From Albugo candida (taxonomy: Eukaryota), in assembly GCA_040437565.1 (NCBI GenBank), contig JBDOQK010000045.1, forward strand, positions 62,001 through 126,000: a DNA stretch of 64,000 nt, given 5' to 3'. The notes below the pieces were generated by a model that was not told the origin of the DNA, did no database searches, and was given only the letters and a program-made list of their open reading frames with translations. A program made the translations under genes and the position numbers. Positions 1 through 10,573 of this stretch are shown piece by piece; position 1 is the stretch's first letter, and each line of letters opens with the position of its first letter.

Positions 1-2
1 CG

Positions 3-3000
3 GTGCTGTTATTCGTAGCGCATGTGGGAGCATGTGTCTTTTACACGATCTCCGCTGCCAATACGCACGCACTGGAGAACCCGAATTCATGGATCTCGCA
101 TGATCATGTTGTTGTCCAGCAGCTTGGTCATCGCGTACAGAGTCAATGTGCAAGTTTACGTGTCAGTGGCGCTCTGTATATCCGAGCACTTTACTGGGCT
201 CTTACCACATTGACTCTTGTCGGGTCCAAGGAAGTGACGCCTTTGGATCGGACTTCGACGGTGTGGGCGGTGCTTGCGTGCTTGTGCTGCACCTTTGTGG
301 TGGGTCATATCGTCGGTGAGCTTTCAGAGCTGATGCTGGAAGATGATAAAGGGAAGAAAGAACTGCATGAACGTATCCACGATTTGGAGCAATACGCCAA
401 AGAGAACTCTCTTCCGTCATCGTTACGAGCTCGAAGTCTTCATTATTTGAAGTATCATTTCGCGCATACGAAAGGGATGGAATTGGCGGTACAGGACGCA
501 TTTCGTGATTTATCGCAGCCGTTAAAGGCGCAATTGATGGAGAGTTATCATCGACGGACACTGGAAGCGATCCCAATTGCTCGATTTCTCAATAAGGTGC
601 AACTCCACACTTTGGCGATGCGTCTCCGACCTCAGTTATACATTCCAGGCGACATTGTTGTACGTCAGGGCGATCCAGGCTACGATCTGTTTATTATTCG
701 ACACGGAATCTCGATGGTTGTGTGGGAGAATACGGGAAGTATTGTGGCAACGCTGTCGTCTGGAGCGATGTTTGGTGAAGTTGCATTCTTTCTATCGCAA
801 GCTCGACGCACCGCTACCGTGCAGACAATGACATGCAGTGAGATTTACGCGGTCGATCGAGAGACGTGGCAACGAGTACTTCCTTCTTTCTTCCATGATA
901 TCGAGCCAGGTCAGGATCCTAACGGTTTACACTCCAATATACGTCCACTACGTCAGCCGAGAAGGATTGGAAGCACAGAGGTCGCCATATGTACGTGGGT
1001 CCAGCATTGTCTTGAAGCGTACGGTCGTGTCGCGATGGAGATCATCAAGGAGACTCGACCTGAAAAGGGACAAGTTGCACCGCCGGAAGGTGGGATCCAT
1101 CGACCTGCGTACCCTCATCGACTGGAAAAACGAGCGTCTTCGTACCAGTCTCCAGCTCGAAGGACGAATGGAAGAGAGCGACGCAATCTCACGGAAGGAG
1201 ATCGACATGAATCCTCTGAACGTCGCAGTCCGACTGTAATCGTGGACAAGGCTGAGAGCGGTAGGGAGGCTGAAACGCTGAAAAGTACGCAAATGCATTC
1301 GCTTTCACAATGGTCCGACATCTCGAGCTCGCATAAAGTGGACGTCGATGTGCAGGATCGCGTCATGTTGATGTCGTTTCTTGTTCGAATTGCCCGTGAA
1401 GAGAGCCTTAAAGCACAGAGACACGGAACTGTGCTTGAGGACACATTGAAAGTGGGGCGTTTTGGCAAGGCAATTTCTCGTCTTACGCGTATTTTGCGTC
1501 TGCATCGTACGAACGAAAGAGTGATGCCGAGGAAAATGCTGACCGTACTGGCGTCACACGCTCCATTGTCCAATTTTCAGCACTCTGTGGTGCAGCTGAA
1601 NNNNNNNNNNNNNNNNNNNNNNNNNNNNNNNNNNNNNNNNNNNNNNNNNNNNNNNNNNNNNNNNNNNNNNNNNNNNNNNNNNNNNNNNNNNNNNNNNNNN
1701 TCCACTACGTCAGCCGAGAAGGATTGGAAGCACAGAGGTCGCCATATGTACGTGGGTCCAGCATTGTCTTGAAGCGTACGGTCGTGTCGCGATGGAGATC
1801 ATCAAGGAGACTCGACCTGAAAAGGGACAAGTTGCACCGCCGGAAGGTGGGATCCATCGACCTGCGTACCCTCATCGACTGGAAAAACGAGCGTCTTCGT
1901 ACCAGTCTCCAGCTCGAAGGACGAATGGAAGAGAGCGACGCAATCTCACGGAAGGAGATCGACATGAATCCTCTGAACGTCGCAGTCCGACTGTAATCGT
2001 GGACAAGGCTGAGAGCGGTAGGGAGGCTGAAACGCTGAAAAGTACGCAAATGCATTCGCTTTCACAATGGTCCGACATCTCGAGCTCGCATAAAGTGGAC
2101 GTCGATGTGCAGGATCGCGTCATGTTGATGTCGTTTCTTGTTCGAATTGCCCGTGAAGAGAGCCTTAAAGCACAGAGACACGGAACTGTGCTTGAGGACA
2201 CATTGAAAGTGGGGCGTTTTGGCAAGGCAATTTCTCGTCTTACGCGTATTTTGCGTCTGCATCGTACGAACGAAAGAGTGATGCCGAGGAAAATGCTGAC
2301 CGTACTGGCGTCACACGCTCCATTGTCCAATTTTCAGCACTCTGTGGTGCAGCTGAACCCAATTACACCGAGTATACGTGGACTTCTTTGCCCTTCTCAG
2401 GTTCAGAATCTTGTCGAGGAATGCTGGCGACGATATCGGGAAACTGTCCTTCTCATTGACGTTGTCACAAAATGCTGTGCTTTACGCTCATCAGTGAACG
2501 ATTCCAAGTCTGATATCGATGCTCCTGACAAAATATGGAGTCATTCGCCCTTACTGGAACGTGCTGTTGCTGAAATGAGAAAAAATCAAATTGACGAGCC
2601 CTTAGAGGCGCCAATTGTGTCCGATTTAGTGATTCCATTTGACGCCTCCGTAGCGCGTGTTGAGCGTATCAGTTCTCAAGGTCCGCCACCGATGCAAGCT
2701 ATATACGCGTATGACGATGCGCAACTTGTCTTGAATGCTGGTTCTCGAATTTGTACGATAGACCAATGCAATACGAGAAGGAAGCGGTCGCAATCCATGA
2801 CACTGCTCAATGAAGGGATGGAATTAGACAGCAAAATCTCCAAAGAACCGAATGGATTGTGGATGTACAATTATGAGATGTTGAGGCAGTCGAAAACTCC
2901 GTCATCGACGATTTTGTTTCGATTGTACATGCGATTTCGTCAATCCAAGCCGTCGTCCACGCCTCATTCCGCTGTGGTTACTTTGACCATGGTGGTATTT

Positions 3001-4926
3001 GAGAATTTCGCTTCACTTTTGCGGAAATGGAGTAGGAGATGGCTTCGTCCCTGGCGTAAGATGAAGCGTAAAGTACACGCAGCATTGATCGGTATGCCCT
3101 CTTATGACGATAGTGATAATGTCCAAATGCATCCCGATGGACCAATGTATGCAAGTGGCGGTGCAGTTGGTCATGTGTCATCCCTTTCGAGACTGCTACG
3201 TCATAGTACATCCATTCATCCGAAAAGTCCAGTGCCAAATTGGTCGTCTCAGCAATTGTTCCCAAAGCCTCAAAAATTAGATTTATCAAAACAGCTCCAT
3301 GTTGATAAAAAAACTCTCACGACAGACTTTTGGCATTTTCTTATCCGACTGTATCGGCTGTGGGAAATGTTGATGCTTGGATCAGGCCTTTGGTACGCCA
3401 CCGCAGTTCCACTGCTACTTGCATTTTTTTCCGACATGGAAACCCTCACGCTGTCGTCCAATGCAATGTTTTGGCAATGGTATGCTGTGAGTCTCGTGCT
3501 CGAACTTGTGGTCATTTTGAATGTAATATTGCGATGGACGGCATTCAGCAGCGTCGTACAGCTCGAGCTCAATAACGATGAGGAATTAGCCAATACGTTA
3601 GACATGTCATCTGCTCTGTTGGCACGAAAAAAGTCGCGCGTGAATGCATCGTGCTCACTTTTATACAAAAAGTGGAGCTGGATTGGAGGCATTTTCCCAC
3701 TTCCAATGAGTCTGTGCCTTTTGCTGCTTCTTGGAGCAGGCCATAAAGATGTAGAATGCAACAAATGGAGATATCTTGGACTTTTGCAACTGAATAAGCT
3801 TCTTGGGGTGTACCCATTGCTAAAAGAATGCAGTGAAAATATAGTAGGCTTCGTACTCTACGATCTAAAATGGCCTCTTGATGACGGTTGGGTACATTTC
3901 TTACGCTCGGTCGGTGCATATATCCTCGCAGGGCACTGGATCGCCTGTGTATGGTATCGTACTGGTCTTTACTCGCTATCCATGTATCATTTATCTTGGA
4001 TTTCCATGAATGGGATGCTATCACTTCACACATTCACTTCTCTGGATGGAATCTCTTATCTTCGACGATACGTCCGCTCCATGCATTTTGCAATTGGATC
4101 CATCACGACTGTGTTTTACGGAGATATCGTGTCCGTGAATCTACTCGAAACACTGGTAGAGATTGCAATCATCCTTACAAGCATCTTCATCCTGGGCATT
4201 CTTGTCGGTGCTCATTCTGAAAGACTGGAAGCCAGGTACAAGCAGAGAATGCTTTTAGAACAAGGCTTCATCCAAGTCCAAGCTTTCGCTACTCGGAATA
4301 AACTTCCCGAAACGCTACAAGATCGTATCAAGCAGCATTTCAACCACACATGGATTCGGAGCCACGGTCAGGATAGCTCGTTGCAACTGCATGGACTCTC
4401 CAATCTATTACTTCAGGATATCGTCCAATATCGCCTGCATCAGCTTTCCAAGCATGTGAAGATATTCAAATCGTGTGATACAAGCTTCCTTCGTAGTTTG
4501 CTCACCCATTTGAAGTTTGTTGTCTGCTCGAATGACGACGTTGTCGCACAAAAGGGAGAGATCGAACGAAGCATGTATTTTATCGTCAAGGGAAGCATCC
4601 TTGTCTCGGGTAAAGGATTTGCATTGGTGAAGAATCAAGGCGATTATTTTGGTGAGCTATCCTTACTATATGGAATTCCTCGGTCCGCAACGTGTTCCTC
4701 AATCGGAATGTCGCTGTTATATGTGTTGGAATGGGAGCAGTACGAGCGTTTGTTGAAGAAATATCCCCACTACCTTGAATACAATCGCCGTGAATGGGTC
4801 GTACTGAGTACACAGACACATACAAGCCAAGATCAATTCCGTGCCATCATGGATATCATTGCAAGAACAAAAGACATGCGCTGGCAACTGGTCCATAAAG
4901 TATTGACTCGGGTCAAACAATCATAG
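3..4926 (+). CDS. Cyclic-nucleotide-gated / KCNH-like ion channel (VIC superfamily), at least two pore+CNBD modules; 5' end outside the window; split by an assembly gap with artefactual duplication
   Basis: ORF 3-1600 has a pore (YIRALYWALTTLTLVGSKEVTP), C-linker and CNBD (GDIVVRQGDPG...FGEVAFF...RTATV). ORF 1792-4926 has TM helices, a pore (YVRSMHFAIGSITTVFYGDIV) and a CNBD (GDYFGELSLLYGIPRSATC). 944-1600 is repeated at 1701-2357; removing one copy and the gap gives one continuous frame. Confidence 0.9.
944..2357. other. 100-N scaffold gap (1601-1700) with flanking duplication 944-1600 = 1701-2357
   Basis: Matching sequence on both sides; identical ORFs offset by 757 nt. Confidence 0.9.
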
Positions 4927-4947
4927 GGTTTAGGGTTTAAGGTTTAG
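4924..4947 (+). repeat. Short interstitial telomere-like tract (TAGGG-TTTAGGG-TTTAAGG-TTTAG)
   Basis: Read directly from the sequence; it begins at the channel stop codon. TTTAGGG is the plant/oomycete-type telomere unit. Confidence 0.65.
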
Positions 4948-5120
4948 TGGAAGCTGTCATGAAGGTATAGATCGTTCTTTTGCGAGCTTTTTCCGCAAGC
5001 AAAATTGCCGCTTTTTGCGTTTCTACGGAAACGTATCTATCACTCATTTTCCGCCAATGAAAAAAAGACCCATCAATCAATATAGCCAATCCAAGAACAC
5101 CTCAACCGCGTCATTCGAAA

Positions 5121-7068
5121 ATGGAAATTAGCCCAAAAGCTTTAGCGGAATTACAGCACGCGTTGCATCAATGCGACTCAGATACACTGAGTATGCTGCG
5201 TCCAATCATCTCACTAAAATCCGTGCAGCAGCTACTTATCACGTTTGTGCACGATTCGTCCTTAACACTTCAGAATCATCTCGATCAACCTCATGTTCGC
5301 CAATTACTGGAGCATATTCGATCTCAGGATCCATTAACGCACAACGCCGACGAAGAATTGGATCGGCTTTTTGGTGAAAAGATCAATTCATTCCAAAAAC
5401 AGCAAAGAGAATGCATGGGCGTGCTTCAAAGTGCAGAAACGACGTCAAATGATGTGCTGGATGATACTTTATTAGAGGCCCGGAATGCCCATGAGGAAGG
5501 AAAGATTAAATTCAAAAACGAAGAGTATTATGGAGCGTTGAATGCTTTCAAGCGCTCTATTGATTCGCTCGTTCGGTATCAGCGGAATGAGCACTGGGGT
5601 AATGATTCAAATGTGACGGAATGGGAGGAAGAAATGCAACGGCATTACACGACTTTGTGTTGTAACATTGCAATGTGTGCGATTAAATTGCACGATCTAT
5701 CGGCTCTGAGGGAGTATACGAATTTGGTACGTGTTGTTACGATTTTGTGTGTTGAGTTGCACTGAAAAGAAGCTTTTAGGCTCTGGTCGTAGACCCGAGT
5801 TGCTTCAAAGCGCTGTATGCTCGTGCCAAATTGCTCCTCATGGAACATTTGTATGAAGAAGCGACACAAGTCGTCAATACTGCCCTCGAGTATCATCCGG
5901 AAAACGAAGCTCTGAAGCGGTTTAAGACGAGTATTCTTTTGAGTGAGGAGAAATCAAAAAAGCAGCAACAAGAATTTCAAGAGCATGTAGCACGTCAATT
6001 GGAAGAAGAACGGAAGAAGAACAGCGAAGCAAAAACGCTGGAGGAAAAGAAATGTGCTGCGGAAAAGATAGCAGTGGTCGATATCCCGCTTCCAAGCTTG
6101 AGCGAAGAAGATACTGCTGTGTCACGTTTGCATGTCTACTTTCAACGGATTCGGCACAAGGTGAATGTACTTGAAAGAAGTCAAGAGGAAGGAAATTTAA
6201 CGCTGTTATCTGGTAGCTTGTGATCGATCTAGTTCAACTACACAGTCCGGAGAACGGGGACCCGCCGTTGTTTGCGTGCTCGATGGTGGACGCCACGACA
6301 AAAAGAGTGCTGATTGCTGGCGTGGAAGCAACTTCAAAGAAAGTGGCAAAGAAGGAAGCCGCAATTCAGTCAATTGTAAGATTGTGGGAGATAAAGTCAG
6401 CGGATGGGCACCTCACTGAGGCGGAAACTTTTATCTGGCAAGCGTATCAGAGCGAAAAGACGCAAGGTACTAGCGAAATGGACGCGACAAGTAAGCTTGA
6501 AGATGGAATGGTAGATTGTTCAATCACTTCAAAAACATCTACACCTTTGACTGCGCTGTCACCAACAGAGGTCACGTTCAAAGAGAATGAAGAGGCCATG
6601 GAAATTGAGGTCAAGTCGAAAGACGATGGAGCGCTCTTATCAACAAACGAGCTGAAAGAGGACGATACGCTCCAAACAACAGACAGCAAAAAGCTCAAAA
6701 CGGTCGAGAAAGAGCCCATAGAGGATGGAACGCTGAACAGCCCACACATGGTATCACATTACGAATCTCAGGTCTCCTCGTTGATGCTGCTGAATCAATT
6801 GGTGTCTCAGAAGAAAATCACGGTTGAAATCGAAATACATGATATTGTAACAACCAAACAGCCGTCAAACTTTGAGTGTGTGATGACTCTAAACTCAAAA
6901 TACAAGGCAAGCGCTTGTGGGATCTCAAAGAAAAAGGCCAAAGCACTGGCAGCAGAGAAGATAATTCAATTGGCAGCGGATAATATGCTCATCACTTTTC
7001 CCTCAAGCTATCGCGGCAGATTTCACGTCAACACATCCAATAACGCCAATACGCAGTCAGAGACGTAG
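5121..7068 (+). CDS. TPR-domain protein with two dsRNA-binding motifs (dsRBD); predicted exons 5121-5726, 5780-6160, 6217-7068
   Basis: Phase-0 introns 5727-5779 (GTACGT...TTTAG, 53 nt) and 6161-6216 (GTGAAT...GTAG, 56 nt) join three ORFs in frame. TPR motifs: EEGKIKFKNEEYYGALNAF, LCCNIAMCAIKL, ALVVDPSCFKALYARAK. dsRBD1: SRLHVYFQ...PPLFACSM...ATSKKVAKKEAA. dsRBD2: LMLLNQLVSQ...FECVM...GISKKKAKALAAE. Confidence 0.85.
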
Positions 7069-7143
7069 AGACGCTCGAAAGCGACACTTTATCGCAACTG
7101 TTGGAAGGGACGTCAACAATCCCCCTTTTGCTTTAATTTTGAT

Positions 7144-7159
7144 GCTCAGTTTTCAATTT
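7144..7159 (+). promoter_or_regulatory. Oomycete INR+FPR core promoter element
   Basis: GCTCAGTTTTCAATTT ends 25 nt upstream of ATG 7185 and resembles the oomycete GCTCATTYYNCAWTTT consensus. Confidence 0.6.
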
Positions 7160-7184
7160 ACGCAGAAACTTGGAATTGTGGAAA

Positions 7185-7751
7185 ATGAAAATTGCTTCGG
7201 GCTGTTTTGTGTTCGTTACTGTCCTCTGTGCTTCTGCTACAAAAGTATTGAGATCGTCCGTCGCAACATCAAATGGAGTAGAGACTTATTTAAAAGCGCC
7301 TTACGCGGAAGAAAGCAAACAAGTCACATTCCGTAAAGCACCTTTGCGATCTGAAACACTTCGGAAGGCTCCCCTCGTCGTAACAAACCAGCAATCCATT
7401 TTCGAAAAAGCTCCTCTTGCTCCAATATTCGAGCAGGCAACCGTCATGGAAGGTTCTCTGGCGGTGGAAGACGAGGCTGATGCGGACCACTCGGAAAGCT
7501 CGGCATCAAATTCCGCATCATCCGAAGCGCCACTGGACGATATTTGGGCTGGTGGCTCGGATTCAAGCGATCAAGACTGGACAAGCTCGGAAGTTTCTTC
7601 AGACTCAAGCAGTATAAGCTTTGACTTGCTCACTTTGAAGGCAGTCGATGCTGACACCTCCGGAAGCTTTGATACTTTTGAGCAAGAAGCAAGTGAGCAG
7701 GGTAGTAGCTTTTCCAGTAACGAGGCTTCCCATTCGGAAGGATCGCTCTGA
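7185..7751 (+). CDS. Putative secreted protein with four KAP[LY] repeats and an acidic Ser-rich C-terminus
   Basis: ATG 7185 is followed by a signal-peptide-like MKIASGCFVFVTVLCASA. Repeats are YLKAPY, FRKAPL, LRKAPL and FEKAPL. The tail is S/D/E-rich and an INR/FPR lies upstream. Confidence 0.75.
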   Translation: MKIASGCFVFVTVLCASATKVLRSSVATSNGVETYLKAPYAEESKQVTFRKAPLRSETLRKAPLVVTNQQSIFEKAPLAPIFEQATVMEGSLAVEDEADADHSESSASNSASSEAPLDDIWAGGSDSSDQDWTSSEVSSDSSSISFDLLTLKAVDADTSGSFDTFEQEASEQGSSFSSNEASHSEGSL

Positions 7752-8163
7752 ATGCTCTTAATACGTGGACGTTAATTCCCATTTTCGTCTTAATTCTCGT
7801 TTGATCTCTCTCTTATACACACTTTATGGAAGCAAATGTAGCGGCTTGACGCTGAGCTTACCACTTTCAAGACAGCTCATAAATGCGTAATCGAAGGCGT
7901 TACATGATCACACGTCTTACAGCATTCCATACCGTTCGAAATAGAGACCAGCGGGTGTCATCCGAATGATAACGCATCTGAGCGCTATCTTACGACTCGC
8001 AAAAGGGTTTACCAAAGCACGTCGTACGGGAGAGCATTTGTGTCTGATACGGAGCTATTTTCAGCTATTTTACAGCAAAACCTCGTCCACGTAACATCAT
8101 GAATGTGGGTAGAAGTGCTCGTACCACCAGCTACACGTTTTGCAGGTGCAACATAGTTTTGAG

Positions 8164-8178
8164 TCATTTCTGAATTCG
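8164..8178 (+). promoter_or_regulatory. INR+FPR-like core promoter of the expansin-like gene
   Basis: TCATTTCTGAATTCG just upstream of ATG 8193. Confidence 0.5.
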
Positions 8179-8192
8179 CTATAAACAGTACG

Positions 8193-9146
8193 ATGCTTTT
8201 TCTCAATCGTATTCGGCTTTTATGGGCCATGGGTTTGATCCAATTTCTATCGGTCAAAGCGTTGTTCACTGGAGATGGTACCATGTATGGAGGCAATGCT
8301 AATGGAGGTGCTTGTGGGTTTCAAAAATCCTGGCCTGCGTGGACAAATGAAGTGAAAGCGATGACGGCTGCTATCAATATGGAGCAATGGGAAGATGCCG
8401 CCAACTGCGGACGCTGTGCTTCGGTGACATACAAAAACCGACCTCCAGTGATTATACAGTTCACGGATGCATGCCCTGAATGTATAAAAGGAGCGGTGGA
8501 CCTAGCTCCGGCCGCGTGGAGTAGTGTTCTTGGTCTAACACCCGGCCGTGAGACAATAAGCTGGGATTTCGTCGAGTGTCCAAGCACATTCGTCAACGGG
8601 AATTTGTTTTATGTAATAAAAGAGGGATCGAACGATCACTGGTGTGCATTTCAGCCGCAGAATTTTGCTGTTGGGATTAGAAAAGTATCTATCAAACAAG
8701 CGGGTAGCACGAATTGGGAGGTCTTGGAGCGTGATGAGTCAACGTTGAACGGATTCTACTTTGTGTATAAAGGTCTGCTGAAAGGATCTTTCCAACTCGC
8801 ATCGACTTCCGTCCACGGCGAAGAGATTATCTCCCCTGTATTTGAATCATTGCAAGCGGAATTAAAGTGCAAGGTGCAATTCAACAGCTTCAACACGAAA
8901 TCATACACCAAGTCAAAAGGACCGATTGTGAATACAATTCCTATTTTTCCACCAAAGGAGGCATCAGAGTCTACTCCCAAGAATCCCGGTAACTTTCTTT
9001 TACCAGACACCCCGATTAGTCCAATAAGATCAGAACCTACAAAGGTCCACGTTGAACCGAATGCACCTCCATCAGGCCAAGTCAAATCTGACATATCAGG
9101 AAACCCGCCGTTCAGAACAGGTGACAGTCCGGATCGATGTACTTAG
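8193..9146 (+). CDS. Secreted expansin-like protein (DPBB + CBM63-like domain, Pro-rich tail)
   Basis: Signal peptide, then FTGDGTMYG, GGACG, TAAIN..QW...NCGRC, TDACPEC..GAVDLAPAAW, ISWDFVEC and KEGSNDHW, as in microbial EXLX proteins. The C-terminus is Pro-rich and low complexity. Confidence 0.9.
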   Translation: MLFLNRIRLLWAMGLIQFLSVKALFTGDGTMYGGNANGGACGFQKSWPAWTNEVKAMTAAINMEQWEDAANCGRCASVTYKNRPPVIIQFTDACPECIKGAVDLAPAAWSSVLGLTPGRETISWDFVECPSTFVNGNLFYVIKEGSNDHWCAFQPQNFAVGIRKVSIKQAGSTNWEVLERDESTLNGFYFVYKGLLKGSFQLASTSVHGEEIISPVFESLQAELKCKVQFNSFNTKSYTKSKGPIVNTIPIFPPKEASESTPKNPGNFLLPDTPISPIRSEPTKVHVEPNAPPSGQVKSDISGNPPFRTGDSPDRCT

Positions 9147-10180
9147 ATTTCGGTCATGATCACGGTGTAGTTGAATATTGATACATAAATGCATTGAATA
9201 CGAATATCGCTTGACGTTTAATTAATAAATGAGAGATAGGAGCGCGATGGTGTGTAGCAAAGTGATCACAAGGATGCTGAAATTTATAAAGCTTGGCAAG
9301 TGTGGACAGGATGTCTGCAGGCTTATGGAGCGATAGCAACGCAATATTGATCGTATAGAAAGAGTGAGCGTTTAACCCGAACATTTGGATGTGCTTTAAA
9401 CAAAACATTGGAAAACGGAGAGAACGTGAGATTTCTGATATCAGATGCGCGATAAGTAAACGAATACGCACACAAATACAGCTTTTTGAATTTAAAATCT
9501 CTACTTGTTTCATTGATTGCAACGACAACAATGCTGTACTACGAAGACTCTTCAATTTTCCATCTTCCAAATGCGTCGGACGCCACACGAAAGTTCAGTC
9601 GCTATTTTTGCTGGATTAATAATGAGAATTGAGGCCGGGAAGAAATCCAAGCTTTGCTTTCTTGCTTGGGACAATGGGTTTCTTCATCCTTAAATACTTG
9701 GTTTCTTTGAGCAATGCACCGTCACACATACATGCGTTTATCCCAATGCAGATTGCAATAAGTAGTTTCGTGTCCATTTAAAGCGGCTGCGAAGTTGGCT
9801 TTCAAGTTGTTGGTTTTCGTTGTGTGAGATCCGAATGCGTCCAAAAAGATTGCCTGACAATTGAATTTGAGTTAGGGAGTATGGAAAGGATGTGCGAGGA
9901 GCTCCACCGCGATAATTCATCAGGTAATACAGCCTTTCTTAAAAAATATTCTGCTTTAGTAACAAATTTGGTGGAGCCCAAAATCGATTCTATACGCTCA
10001 TAACGTAAGAGACAGGAGAAGCGACACCCTGTCGCATCCAACGTGCGGAAGAAAAGACGGTTAAGGAGAAAATTTTGCGCGATACGCCTTCAAATTAGAC
10101 GTGCACGGTACTGAGAATCGGAGGATAAGATTTTCATCCGACCGCGCAAAGTTTTTGTATATCAATTCCAATTGGCGCCA

Positions 10181-10573
10181 ATGGAGAAATATCGTTGTAG
10201 TCTGCTTGGTCGCGCTCTTGCCGACTGTTTGTGCGACCTCATAGTCGGTAAGAAAGAGGATTTGGGTATGGACGAGAGTTTCGGAACAGAGATATTCTCC
10301 ATATTTGATGATGTGATGTCCAACTACTTTGAGCATGGGGAAATGTCGTCTGACAATGATAGCAAGAAAATTGCATCAAGACCAGTTTACACACATGAGC
10401 ATCTGCGTTTGGTTGGTCGAGCTGTCACACATAACCGTTATATGGAGGATTGGAGCCTGGAAGCCTCATTCAACACAGATTCTTCAGAGTCATCGCGCTC
10501 CATGTCGCTTGACCATATCCCACAAGCGCTCACTGAAGACGCGACGATTCTCATAAAGCTTCATGGAGAATGA
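10181..10573 (+). CDS. Transcription factor IIA gamma (small) subunit-like protein, intact copy
   Basis: MEKYRCSLLGRALADCLCDLI...EIFSIFDDVM...LVGRAVTHNRYMEDWSL matches by eye the TFIIA-gamma pattern YRxxxLGxxLxxxLxxLI...VLxQFDKxx...xGxLxTYRFCDxVW. 130-aa open frame with an INR-like TCAATTCCAATT upstream. Confidence 0.65.
   Translation: MEKYRCSLLGRALADCLCDLIVGKKEDLGMDESFGTEIFSIFDDVMSNYFEHGEMSSDNDSKKIASRPVYTHEHLRLVGRAVTHNRYMEDWSLEASFNTDSSESSRSMSLDHIPQALTEDATILIKLHGE

Noticed and set aside
944-2357. Apparent internal tandem duplication, or two separate channel genes
   Set aside because: The copies appear identical and directly flank a 100-N gap, the same pattern seen at all five gaps. This indicates unmerged contig overlap.
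7185-7400. RxLR effector motif (KVLR, RSETLR)
   Set aside because: No true RxLR followed by dEER.
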